Origin: Octopus sinensis
Taxonomy: Eukaryota
Direction of reading: 5' to 3'
DNA: 64,000 bases
Assembly: GCF_006345805.1 (NCBI RefSeq)
Contig: NW_021836291.1
Location: forward strand, 310,001 to 374,000
This document shows, piece after piece, positions 48,880-61,274 of the stretch. The notes beneath the pieces are model-generated. The model saw nothing but the letters and a program-made list of their open reading frames with translations, ran no database searches and had not been told where the DNA came from. A program made the translations under genes and the position numbers. Numbering within the stretch: position 1 is the first letter of the stretch; each line of letters starts with the position of its first letter.

Positions 48880-50800
48880 GAGTTTTTGAATTATTTCAGA
48901 AATAAATTTATTGCAGGTGATGTCACTCCCGGCCCATTTTATGACATTAGTTTTTGGAGTTGTTTTCATCGGGTATTAAAGTGAATGCACATGACAACCA
49001 ATTCATTGGAATATTGGCATAAAGTGTTGAACAGTTCATTTAACAGAGATTTGGCAGCTTTTGTTAATGTGTTAGTTAAGAAGAACAGAATATTTGTAAA
49101 AATGGGACAAATTAAGTCAGGAAGGTACAGTGGGCCCAAAAAGTCATGGCACCACTTAATAAATTTTAGTATTTTACGTTTTTACCCATAAAATATGAAG
49201 TATTTTGACTTTTAATTATTTTTTTGAAAAATTCAAGATTCTGATTTAGAAAATAATTTTAAATCCTTAAAATATTAATAATTGACAAAGAAAAAACAAC
49301 TTTTTTTAATTTTTAGCGTTATTGAAGGGTCAAAAAGTGTTGGGACTTTTATATCTACAGTTTTAGTTTAAGTGCATATGATAAGAGAATGTCATTCTTT
49401 CAGATTATTTCTTTTAAGTTTTTCTTCACAAAAGCTTTGTTATTACTTAATAACGCATTATTAATATTGATATTACGAAAACAGCCGTTTTTAGCACTAC
49501 TTTATGGGAAATCGGAAGGAATATTCTTTTGAGCTAAAACAGATGATCGTCAAGTCCCACCAAGAAAAAAAAAGTTACAACCAAATTTCCAGACAATTCA
49601 ATATTCCGAAAAGTTCAGTAAGGAATATAATAGTCCGTTGAAAAGAACAAAAAAATGTTTGCAATAAATCGAGGTCTGGTGCACCTAAAAAGATATCGAG
49701 CCGTTCTCATTCAATGAAAAAAAGGAGTGTGGCAAATGATCCCAGAATTATTAGAAGCAAGCTGGTAGATGATTTAGAGACCGTGGGAATCAAAGTTGAG
49801 TTATCTACGATAACTAATACATTGCGCAAACAAGGAATTCATAAAAGGAGGGCACGACATATTCCTCTACTAAGAAAAGTCCATATATCAGCGCGACTAA
49901 AATTCGCTCAGAATTTTTTAAATAAAGATTTAGAATATATAATGAACATATTATGGTCAGATGAAACCAAAATTGAACTTTTTGGCCTCAGGTAAAAAAA
50001 TCAAGAATATGACAAAAAATGTACCATACCTACAGTTAAGCACGGAGGAGGCAGCCTAGTGTTATGGGCGTGTTTTTCGTCTCAAGGAGTGGGTGAACTA
50101 TTTTTCATAGATGGAATATTGAATGCCAAGATGTACGTCGAAATTTTGGAAAATTGTTTAGTTCCGTCCATCAATAAATTAAAGCAAAGAAGCAATTGGA
50201 CGTTTCAACACGACAACGATCCCAAACATAAAGCTAAAATAACTACTGAATGGCTTAATAATAATAGAATAAATGTTCTGAAATGGCCTAGTCAATCTCC
50301 TGACTTAAACCCAATTGAAAATTTATGGAAAACGTTGAAAATAAAGATAGGAAACCGAAGACCTAGAAATATAGTGGAGTTAAAAGCATTCTGTCGTGAG
50401 GAGTGGAATAAAATTTCCAAAAAAGAATGTTTTAAATTAATAAATACATACAAAAGAAGATTAGAAGCAGTAATTGTTGCAAAAGGGCATGCAACAAAAT
50501 ATTAATAAGGCATCGTGCCAACACTTATTGACCCTTAAATAACGCTAAAAATTAAAAAAAATGTTTTTTCTTTGTCAATTATCGCTAATTTTAAAGATTT
50601 AAAATTATTTTCTAAATCAGAATCTTTTGAATTTTTCAAAAAAAATAATTAAAAGTCAAAATAATTCATATTTTATAGGTAAAAACGTAAAATACTAAAA
50701 TTTATTAAGTGGTACCATGACTTTTTGGGCCCACTGTATCTTAAAGTGTTAGCAACAGATTGCAAAAAACCTTGAACTGACAATAGCATTTGAAAATTTT
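48880..50800 (+). mobile_element. MULE-like transposase C-terminal remnant, interrupted by Tc1
   Basis: NYFRNKFI..FWSCFHRV..TTNSLEYWHKVLNS (W..Y.R....TNN..E.WH..LN pattern). The frame continues GR|YLKV across the Tc1 TA site. Confidence 0.6.
49128..50736 (+). mobile_element. Tc1 (DD34E) DNA transposon with about 220-bp IR/DR-type TIRs and TA TSD
   Basis: TA|cagtgggcccaaaaagtcatgg..ccatgactttttgggcccactg|TA. Transposase 49504-50505 has WSDE, KHGGG, QHDNDPKH and SPDLNPIENLW with 34 residues between D and E. It carries in-frame TGA and TAA stops and a short deletion near 49990. Confidence 0.95.
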
Positions 50801-50899
50801 TCTGAATTTGAAGTAGATTGCTATTTTAAACTAATTGATGGTTTGATCCACCTGATAATTTTTTTTAATCTTAATCAAACATCTCTAAAATCAAAAAAC

Positions 50900-51320
50900 A
50901 AAATTTGATAATTACTTTCCTGTTAAAGACCCAATTCCAAGCTGCATAGTTCAACTTTTCTTGACTTCGTTTAAATAATATTAGAAACTCAATTTTCAAC
51001 AGAGCTTAATTAAACATTAATGTAATCAGTCTGTTCAGATTATTTTAAAATGTACTTCATTCTTAGATTTTTAGTATTTCAATTAATAATCACTTCTTAG
51101 TTTTAGGTGTTAGATGGCTAAAGAATTACCCATTTTGAATAAAACTGCATTGGAATCAATACTTGCTTTCCTTAATACTTATCACCTTGAAATGGCGATG
51201 TCGTGTCTGCCTTTTCTAAAAATAAAACATAGAAATAGACTACGGGATGATATGCGACTAGCTTTGTCAAAGATATGGCCCGACATATTATTATTAATAA
51301 GCAAACCGCAAAATAACGTT
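50900..51320 (+). mobile_element. hAT Buster-type transposase C-terminal remnant
   Basis: ELPILNKTALESILAFLNTYHLEMAMS..IKHRNRL..DDMRLALSKIWPDI. Confidence 0.7.
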
Positions 51321-51324
51321 AGTA

Positions 51325-51790
51325 AAGTTATCTCGCTTGTGCCACCCTCTCCTAGAAGCGTCTTCTTAATCGCTCCAAAGTTCCTCTGTTCCTCGATAAT
51401 TCCCTCAGGTGCTCAAGATCGTCTGCTGATTTCAACCCTTTTCCAATCAAAGTTATATTTTGATACAGGAGGGTTGCTAGAGTGATTCGTGGTCTTCCTC
51501 GGAAGTTTGTTCTCGGATGGGGGACGTAGTGGTGTTCCATTGCGAGATTTGCGGGAGTTTTCCTGTCCATTTTTAGGATGTGACCGAATAAGCCCCATCT
51601 ATTACTTCATATTTCTTCGTCTAACGGATGTACATTGTAATTGGAGTAGAGATGTTTGTTTGATATGCGTTTTGGCCAAAAGATTCCTAGGATGTATTTC
51701 AGCTGCATTTTATAGGAGGAATTCAGATTTTCATTTCGTGCGCTATGAGTGCCCAAGAAAAAGAATTGTACCATAAGATTGGTTTTACGA
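51325..51790 (-). mobile_element. RTE-clade LINE 3' fragment
   Basis: LIRSHPKNGQE / DRKTPANLAMEHHY..NFRGRPRITL..ADDLEHLRELSRNRGT. Its terminal ggagagggtggcacaagcgagat (23 nt) recurs at 62623-62645. Confidence 0.8.
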
Positions 51791-51799
51791 ACATATTGT

Positions 51800-52405
51800 A
51801 TAGTTTGATTTTTAAAGACGCAGAAATTTCTTTACCTCTCAACCATACGTTGTTTAATCTTTTAAACGACCAAAACCTTCAAAGGAATACATAACCCGCA
51901 TATAGATTACCTTTTTCATCTACAAAAGAATCTACGTATCAAATACATAAACACCCACAACCAAGTGAAAGCAGCTGAGTTCAAAATCCAAAGAAACAAA
52001 ATCAAGAAAAAATGTTCGAAAAATCACGAAAAAGAGTTACAAAACTTTGAAAATAAATTAAGAAAGTACAAACACGAAGCACAAATGTATGCATCTGTAA
52101 AGATGCTAGCGCGAAAAAAGAAATCTGAAAACCTAACAGTTCATGATGAACTCAGAAGAACCATTTACAACAATCAGAAACGCACAGACACTACCCGACC
52201 ACTTTGAAAAATATTTCAATTTTGAAAATGAAGAAACACTTTATCCTTTCGATGGAGCGCTCAGAAAGCTATTACAAGAAATACTTTAACGTAAGTTAAA
52301 AAATCTGTGACCAGACTAAACAAGTCAAAAGCTCCAAATCCAGATAATGTTAATTCAGAGCTCATCAGATATGCCCCTGAAGAGCTTCAAAAACTCATTA
52401 CTTAC
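51800..52405 (+). mobile_element. RTE-like ORF fragment between APE and RT
   Basis: EAQMYASVKML..; KAPNPDNVNSELIRYAPEEL (K.PGPD.I..ELL motif). Confidence 0.6.
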
Positions 52406-52675
52406 ATGGAGGTATCCACTTTAATGCACACATTTGAGTTCTCACACACCGATTGAACTCGACAAGTTCGCAACTTTCTGGACCGCCTCAAAGCATACTT
52501 ATTGCAGAGCAGAAAATGGTGGCACCTCACCACCTCGTTGTGTCTCCATGTGTAATCATGGTACAGCATATTTCCGCACTTAGTAGCTAAATATTTAACG
52601 GTCATCGCCTTATTTTTACAGTGGTTACACTGTTTCCGTTGACCATTAAAAAAATTTCTATCCTGCAAATATAGA
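52405..52675 (-). mobile_element. R4/NeSL-like LINE CCHC/RLE fragment
   Basis: QCNHCKNKAMTVKYLATKCGNMLYHDYTWRHNEVVRC. Confidence 0.8.
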
Positions 52676-52679
52676 ATAA

Positions 52680-52925
52680 CCTTCACTCCCATCGCCGTCG
52701 AGACTTCCGGCGTCATCGGCGAAAAGTCTCTTCCCTTTCTAAAAAAGCTTGGCCGCATGATCTCCCATAAACGGGGAGACCCACGCGAGTCCAAGTGGCT
52801 TTTCGAAAGGATTTCCTTGGCCATAGTACGTGGAAACTGTGTTTCCATTTACGAGGCCGGAAATTTAGTTAGTTAATAACTATTTGTTAATTACATATAA
52901 CTTTTTCATTAAAAAAAAAAAAAAG
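52680..52925 (+). mobile_element. CRE-like 3' fragment with poly-A tail
   Basis: FTPIAVETSGVIGEKSLPFLKKLG..ESKWLFERISLAIVRGN; A14 at about 52911-52924. Confidence 0.85.
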
Positions 52926-53039
52926 AATAACCTTTCTCCTCAAGGAGAGTTATTCCCATTCTTCAGACACATTGATGATGACCATACGGGATTCAATTAT
53001 TAAATAAATCCACCTCAATTAGTTAAAATCAAATTAATG

Positions 53040-53706
53040 TTAATTATTTCCTGGTTTTTGGTTATACGTTCCAATATCACGTCTTTTATGGATTTGAGGT
53101 GTGGAGGGAGTATTATAATGACCACTCATCAAGCCAGGGGTATTTTCGGCCTCCTTCAGCTGCTGCTCTGTGAAATTTCGAGTATTTTTGCGCGATTCTT
53201 TGGGACCAAATCCTTTATTGACTGCATGAGCCTGAAACATAATTTATTTGGACCGACTTTTCTCCCAATGGTTTCTATGGTATTCAAAACACTGCAAAGT
53301 CCTTGTTGCTCGAAGACATCTACAATTTGAAATTGTTCGCCAGTTGTCAGATTAAATGGACTTTTTCCAAGTTCTTTGAACGCTTGGTTGTAGTTCTCCC
53401 CTGCAGCAAAAATCGTGTTTCCCTTTTTTATAGATAATTGTTTGCCTGAAAGAACTTGGGTCAATCAATTAGAATATTTCATGGATTACAAACCGTATTA
53501 AAACTGTCCCATCTTTGAGCACTGAAGCAAAGTTATCCATGTCTCCTTCAGTAGAGAATTGACCGTCTATTAAATTCTTGATCCATTCGAGGAGTTCGTG
53601 GGCTTTTTTACAGTTGAATTTTTGTTTTTCCTAAATTTTTGTTTTATAGATTTACTTTCTCAAAAGATTCGCGAGTTAATCCTGATTTTTCCGATCTATC
53701 TGACAT
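53040..53706 (-). CDS. Transgelin/myophilin (Mp20)-type calponin-homology protein
   Basis: MSDRSEKSGLTRESFEK|..ELLEWI..FASVLKDGTVLIR|LTQVL..FQIVDVFEQQGLCSVLNTIETIGRK|..GPKESRKNTRNFTEQQLKEAE..GL (CH domain + calponin repeat). Introns 53631-53655, 53466-53493 (GT..TG) and a 26-nt third intron. Confidence 0.85.
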
Positions 53707-54551
53707 TACGAATTAATTTTCTATTCGGATATTATAATATATTATAATTTTTATGCTAATTAATTTTCTTCGAAAATATAACGTTTTAAGACTCAAAAAA
53801 AGAAGGACGCTCCTAGGATGCAAGAAGACTCTTTTTTCAGCCTGGACAACCACTACATTGACGTATCGTCATCAACGTGGCTAACGTATGTGAATAACTC
53901 TCCCCAATCAGAAGGATTTATTTTTACCTTCTCAGAAGTTGACAGAGACAAAGAAGATGAAGAAGAATGACACAAGGTTTGTGGAGTGTCATCCTTTGTT
54001 TATTCCGAAAATTCAGTTAGGCAAAAATTAGCTAATTAGTTTCTTTTTATTAATTATGACTGCAGTTGGGTTGTTACTGCCTGATATCTCAATTTGACTT
54101 AAGTATTTGTCCAAGGTTAGAAGGTCTATCATTCTGAATGAACAACGACAGAATGCCTCGACACTTGTCCTTTAACGATGTCTCTTAAAGGTTTCTCTCT
54201 TTCCCATCAACAACAAGATCGAATAAATACATTTCCTTTCCGTGGAGGCAGGTCTTTTATATGGGATCTTAAATACCCCGACATTTTCGCAAAATCCCTC
54301 CCGGAGACGACTGCTGGACATTTTTATTTATTTTAAGCAATTTATGTAATAAATTACTTAATTTGAAAGTCTTATTAAAAACATTGATGAGATTTGAATT
54401 AGTAATAAAAATGTATATTAGGAGAATTCCCAGACTATTTCTATTATGATTGACATACATAGTTGGATGAGCACACGTAGGACAAAATTGAGAATGTTTT
54501 AAAGTAGTCTTTAATTCAAATGTAAAACATATCTGTGGTTTTTACCACATA

Positions 54552-56123
54552 CAGTCAAATCCCTTTAAATCGACTATTCGCTATACCGGAATTCCTTTGA
54601 AACCGGACTAAACTTCTGGTCCCGATTCATCAATAGACTATCATTGCTAATTAATCTTCGATATATCGGATCCCTTCTATTCAGAATACCGGCCGTATTT
54701 GTGGTCCCAACATGAATTTTCTTTTATCGTAAACTGGCCTTCTGACATCAATCTTTGATCTAATCCTATTAATTGTCTATAATTCCTAAAAATGATATAT
54801 TGCAAAGAGTTGGCTTTGAAACCAATGGGGTTATTGGCCGAAAAGCTCTTAAACTCCTCTCAGAGATTTGTCTAATCATCTCGAGGAGTCATGACAGTCG
54901 CTAAACTAGCTGGCTTCTTCAACGAATATTGCTCGCGATATTACGTGAAAATTGCGTGTCCATTCGCTCAGCGACTAATCCAAATTATACTTTTCTCTTT
55001 TTCATGCATTATCTAAAAAAATGATAGGCCCGCAAAGAAAACGATCATCTTAAAGAACAAATTCCAAATAATAAATGAATCAAATCAAACACCTAAGCCG
55101 ACACATTTTTTTCAAGGACCGTTATTCAGTCTGCGTCATGTACTGCCTTCGCCTCTCACCGTGCCAAGGAAACCAAACGGAGGAAGTACGCGTCCATTCC
55201 TGACGCATACAATTTCGTCCTAATTGCAGTGAAGACAAGTGGTTTGATTGGGCCGGCTGGGAAGAGGATTCTGTCTATAATTGGGAAACTGATCGGAAAG
55301 AAAACCTTTGACCACCAGGAAACCAGCTGGCTGTACCAGATAATATCTATAGCAATCTCGCAGGTAACTCGCTTCTATTCCCGGTGCAGTCAATGGCGAA
55401 TCCTAATTGTTTTACCTTCCCTTAACTTTCTTTTATATTTTTGAATGTCTTCATTATTTTATTGTTATCGATCAATGTAACACCCATTCCTTTCAATAAT
55501 AGACATATATCGCTGATTTTCACATTTTATTGGAATGTTTTGTTCGAATGTGATTAGGTAACCAAAAAGACTTGATTGCTTTGTTTGACAATACTATTCA
55601 CAATATCAAACAAAATGGTTTCTGGATTGTTCACTAAAAGATACAAACACAAATTTAAGAAAGTTTTGATTGTATCAACGAATTCTACGGTTAAAACTCA
55701 TGTATCAAATTTTTGTCACGTGTATAAAGATAGGTTTGACGTTTAAAAATAATGTTAAAATTTTAAAATCACAAAGATTGGGAATCATCCTTAGTTGAGC
55801 AATACCAAATAGTATCAGCTTTTGAAGATGACTCAGAGTCTAATAAGCAAACAGAGCCAAAACATATAGAAAAATAAACACACACAAATGTTCAACAAAT
55901 GCTCGACTAAATCTGTCACTTTGCCTGCACTTAAAACCCTGCGTTACTCGATCCTGAACAACTATCTAAACAAAAAGCAATTGCGGAATCAAAGCTAAAT
56001 ACAAGGTAATCCTTATTAACATATTATCATCAATTTTACAGTTTCACTTATTTGTTATAAATAAATTTAATAACTTGTTCGATATACCGGACAATTCTGT
56101 CGGTCCCTAAAAGAGCTTGACTG
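54552..56123. mobile_element. pogo/Tigger-like degraded element (termini only)
   Basis: TA|cagtcaaa.. and ..ttgactg|TA, with a tataccgga..ggtccc motif near both ends; the TIR match is only about 7 nt. Confidence 0.4.
54810..55440 (+). mobile_element. Two tandem CRE-like 3' fragments (about 54810-55030 and 55100-55440)
   Basis: FETNGVIGRKALKLL..SWLLQRILLAILREN and KRRKY..FVLIAVKTSGLIG..ETSWLYQIISIAI. Confidence 0.75.
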
Positions 56124-57954
56124 TATTCAAAAAAATTTTTTCAGGCAACTAATCTTTTACTACAAAAAAATTAACAAAATAAAAAAACTGCGTCAGTAAG
56201 AAATTATAATCACGATTGCCTGCAGAACCCACAAAAAAAAGGAAATGCATTCAATTTCATAGAATGGATTATTAACATCATTCGCACGATAATGAATATA
56301 ACAAATTATTTACTTAATGAGGAAAAATTCTAATTCAAAAGAACTAATGTGTATTAAAATATTAATACGCGTAAAGCGCACAAAACAAATAAAAACCAGT
56401 CACATGCAAATAATAAATTTAAATATTCTAAAAGTTAAACCAATTAATTTTAAATTAACTATTAAAAAATTTATTTAAATTATTTTTTTGATCTCTAGAA
56501 CAAATTTCACTTTTAGAGAGTCGAATATCAAATCTCAAAACAAGAAAAAATCACATTTAGTCAGATCATTTGTGAAAATAATTCTTTTTTGAAATCAGAA
56601 TTTTTATTGCCAGTGCCTGAATCTTTAATAACGACGGGAGGAGAGCCGATAAACTGATCATATCTGTACGTCTCCTAGTTGCTATTTGACTTCTACACAC
56701 TAGGAAAGGCAGGATAATCAAATAATGAACATGTTATTAAATGTGTGTTTACTGGAATATTTACTAATTCTAAATTTTCAAAATTTCTCTCTCGACACTG
56801 TGTACATTCTTCTCCTCCTTGAGTCATCAAAAGAAGGCAGAATGGTCACTTGTTTTCAGTTATCAATTCGCAAGGGAGATTAGGAGTTATCCTTTATTTG
56901 TACTTCGTCAAACTTCTTTGTATAAAAGAATTGGTAGTCTGAGGGAAACAGGGTGTAGGTAAAGACAGCGTAAGTACACATAAATTATTTTATGAATAAT
57001 TCCCAGTTCGTTTGGTAATAGGCCTTAGTTGTGCATTTTTTCCACTTAAACATGTTTTAAAAGATTCTTGGAAGTTATTTTAGTCTTGATGAGTTTCTGA
57101 TTTTGTCTTAAAAAATACTTGGTTTACTAGTTCTTATTGTTATACGCACTCTTATTTCTAAAAAAATAATTACCTAAACCAATTAGATTGAATGGGTTTT
57201 GAATTTTGTGGTTAGACTAATTCCTAATTAAATGCACAGGTGGAAATGGAGACACTTAAAGATTTCATTCTTCTGAGATAAGAGATATTGAAAATTTTTC
57301 TAAACTTTGTAGTCAACTGTGTTTTTTGCTGAATTTCGTTGATTGGATTTATTTCAGTAGATGGAAAGTTATTTGTGTTTATTTGGCACGCTGCAGCTTT
57401 GATTTAAAAACGCAACAATAACAAAAATTATGGCAGTGCTTCTCTCCGGGTAAATTTTTAATTAAATGGTTCCACATTTTTAAGGCATTTTTATGGATAG
57501 TAGAAGGGTTGTATCTGGGCTGCCTCGAAAAAGGCCTGTATTTAAGAGATACAATTCCATTATGTCATTGTTAAGAGCAGCAAGATCCTCCAGGCTTCAG
57601 ATTTACACGTAGCACATAGATCCTTGTTTTTGATTACTTTTGGATAGAGTAAGATTTTTGTTGTTTTATTTGGAATGCATTTTCATTCAAGGTTTCCATT
57701 TTTATAGCAAATTAAAATGTGCTTAGCCATTTAGACTTTAATATTTTAAATAAAAATATTGCAAGTATTTTCTCTACTGTAAATTTTCCCAATTACCTAG
57801 AAATGAACCAAGTTTCCCTGTTCTTGTCCATTTTTCACCAATAAATTGGCTTTGTCGTTTTTAATTCATTTTCGAAAAAACATTCCACAGAAACTCGATG
57901 AGCATGATTGAGGATTGTCACGATTTCTTTGATGTTTTCCGAGACAAAGTCAAT

Positions 57955-58310
57955 TTTAGTAAGTTTCCCCAAACTCCCTGACATGAAGGAAGCCGGCGAC
58001 TGTTAAGCGATGAATCTCAGAAATCCCGGATCGCTGCATGTAGTAATGACATTGGCAGTAGTCTAGGACAGGAGAACAAACGATGAACGAAAATCGGATT
58101 GAAGTTACACACGTGGGAGGGCTTACTTTCTACTTTTCCCGTCTAATTTTGTCAAAGGCAGGGGTGATGTCCACAGCGAATTCTTGCGAGAATCACACGT
58201 TCTTTTATTGAAAATAGTAGTTCTGATTTATCAATTTCCGAGGGTGGTTCTTGAAGCATTCTATTTTTTAATAGTCCCTCGTGGAGAAAGTCACGCATTA
58301 ATGCTGATTT
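57955..58310 (-). mobile_element. I/Jockey-like LINE 3' end
   Basis: SELLFSIKERVILARIRCGHHP and SHVCNFNPIFVHRLFSCP; same family as 2560-3070. Confidence 0.7.
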
Positions 58311-58608
58311 TATTGCCCTCCGTTTTAAAGAAAATTTTTAATAGAATTTTTTTAGATAGCAAGGTAGATTGTATTTTTCTTTGTAAAGATTATGAGCCGA
58401 GTGGTTAGGAGCTGCGGATTCATTTAAAATTTTGAGCCCGCGCATTTTAAGATGGTTGTTTTTATGGAGGTGGTTAATAGAAAAGATTTTAAATATCCAA
58501 TTAAAGTCTAAGTCTATTTTAATTTTATTTAATTTAAAATTTTTAATATTCATTTATTAAAAAAATAATATTAAAATAAAATTATTGATATATTTTAAAA
58601 TTAGCTTA

Positions 58609-59732
58609 ATGCAATTCCATGATGATTTTCATAATCACCAAGATATATTTATATTAAATAAAGCATTATCCGAAACTGATGGAACTACTACTATTAAGCA
58701 CTTAATAAGAATATTGAACAGATCATCAATAAATGTAGACATTCTCTGTTCCGATATCGACAAAACTATTATGAGCGGGGACCATAAGAAAGCAATCAGA
58801 GCCATCTTCATATGCCACTACATTTTAGTTAATAACTCCATATCTGTACAAATAATTGATATATTTCAAAGGAGTATTTATTTAAATTCATATCCAATCG
58901 AGTCAAGAATAAACATGTGCTTCAAGTGTTACTAAAAAGTATATTTGCTGTGATATGATGATAGATAACTCCACAGATTGGGATAAATTTATCCTCTGTT
59001 ATTTTAGATATTTATCCACTAAATGTGGGGGAGGAATCACCTCCGAGGAGAATACATGTTCTGAGAATTTTATTCAAAAAACGAGAATTAAAGGAAATTC
59101 TTTGAGGCTAATGTTATCTGTGGTTAGATTAGTACTAAATATTTAGATTGGCCACTCAATTCTTATGAGTCAATGTATTTTTAATTTATTTATAAGGGAA
59201 TATAATGAGTTGACTCCCCTTTATTTCTTTGAAGTCCAAAATATTACCGAAAAGATATACAGTGATGTTGCTCCTGGGGATTTGAGATGTGCTTTTGATT
59301 GCATTCTGTCATACGAACACAACGTGAACATTTTAAAACAGATCAACGTGTCAGAAATGTCGTTTATTTTACCCTCATTGGTTCTCTGTTGCCCGTATTG
59401 TAGTGCAGATTGATCGAGAAGAACTCAGCTTAATCAACAAATATGTTAAATCAAAGGAAGAATCAATGTCTGTATGTGATCCGATAATTGGAACTAATTC
59501 TCCAAAAGTTGATGATATGGCTTATAAACAGATACTTTTACTTACCAAAATGGTTTGGTTTGACTTATATACTAGACTGGGTGGACGTTAGAACGAGCGG
59601 AGGATATCTTGGGATACAGTGAGATTTGCTATTTTATTTAAAGAGTGTCCTGTTGAAGAAGAATGTTCACAGAATTTGGACGATAGCTCATATTTATACG
59701 ATTTAGAAGAACTGGATTGGGGGGGACGTTAA
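58609..59732 (+). CDS. ANTH-domain protein (PICALM/AP180-like, divergent)
   Basis: Six 23-28 nt GT-AG introns give a continuous frame. NKALSE..KHLIRIL..INVDILCSDI..AIRAIFICHYIL and FILCYFRYL..K resemble ANTH helices; weak similarity only. Confidence 0.55.
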
Positions 59733-59844
59733 CAAGGTCGACAAATATGTCTCAGATGGTCAAGATCTTATTAAATTTGAATGACTAAATTATAAACATC
59801 GAGTTTTAAAATTTATTTAAAATTCAAAAAAATTATTGTCTTGG

Positions 59845-61071
59845 ATGATTGATGTGGAGCAGCTTGTGGATAATCTTGATTTATTATTAGAATTACGTAG
59901 GAAAAATTATTTAATGTCATAGATAAATTTTCCGACTGCTCTAGAAAAATTTATCTTGTAAAAAATAAACGAAATGGCATGTTTTACACTTCAAAAATGA
60001 TAGAATTAACCAATTCAAGCGAATCTGATTTAACGAAAATGATGGTTATTGAAATAAGGGTTAAAATAGAACGAAGTGAAAATAATGAACTCGTGCCACC
60101 ACCCGAACATACTAAACTCCCTATATTCCTTCATCCATGGTCACTCCGTTTGGCACGTGACTCCTGCAATGACATATGGTGCCACAGATCGACACAACCA
60201 CTAGGTTCTGCACAAGATCTCATTAAATCTCACTTTTGTTATGGACTGCCAGCAGATTTAATAATCTGGATATGTTTTTCAGTTCTCTCGGGACTGGAGT
60301 ACCTTCACGAGAACCACATCATTCATCGGTGGGACAGTCCCTGTTATAGCACAGGAGAGTGTCCTCATCCCATATCCTGATCAACCAAGAAGGGCACATT
60401 CGAATAGGAGGACTTTCCATGTGCCACGTCGGTGGGGAACCAGTTTATTCTTATCCTTCCTCATTGGCCGAATTCTGTGCATTGCAGGCCCCAGAAGTTC
60501 TCAAACAGGTTTTAAAGTGTTGATGACAGTCAGAATTTATCGGGGTATTCATCGAAATGTGATTTGTACAGTCTGGGGATTACTCTCTGCCATCTTCTCA
60601 ACGGGTTCCTACCATATCACGGACTGGAGAATACTCAGGTCCCTTTTCTGTTCTATTCTAGATTTTCTTACTTAAATATCACGGAGAGACAGTTAAGCCG
60701 TGCATGTCGACCACTTTTGGAGATCAAGTCGACAGTATTTGTTTCTCGATGATTTGTAGTTATTGATGACATTTTTGGCCACAATCACATTGAACGGGCT
60801 TATTCTATTTACAAGAGAAGGAAGGTAGATTCGAGACTGGTAGAAATGATTGATAAGTGCCAAAAGTATTGTCCTGAAGAAAGGTCTCGGGTATGACTAG
60901 CATTGTAGACCATCGGCTTCTCAACTATTGGTCTATCCTCTTATTCTTCGGGGTAAAGCTATGGGCAAGACAATTGGCAAACAAATTCGTTCTCTTCTTT
61001 ATCCAGTGGTCCCTGTTACGTGTGTTGAGTCATATGACAACGAAAGTTGTGGAACCGATGACGTTGTGTGA
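59845..61071 (+). CDS. STRAD: STE20-related kinase adaptor (STRAD) pseudokinase
   Basis: Eight 23-26 nt introns. [88 protein letters not shown]. It lacks HRD and DFG, as STRAD does. Confidence 0.88.
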
Positions 61072-61274
61072 TTTCTTGAAAATGATTATTTACATTTTTG
61101 CTTTATTTAAAAAGTACAAATTTTGTTCACATACTTGCGCAGCATTCAAAAAGTTATTTACTGATTTTTAACGTGTTAGATTAGTGTTTTAGTGGGTTTT
61201 ATAGAGAATTAGCGAAAAAATTTTCATAGTATCAAATTTTAAAATATGTTTTGGAAAATAAATTTTTAGAAGAT

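Noticed and set aside
58396-58460. tRNA-Ser/Leu-like words gccgagtggtta..cccgcgca at roughly tRNA spacing
   Set aside because: No B-box (GTTCRA), no acceptor or anticodon stems; probably chance or an unrecognisably decayed remnant.
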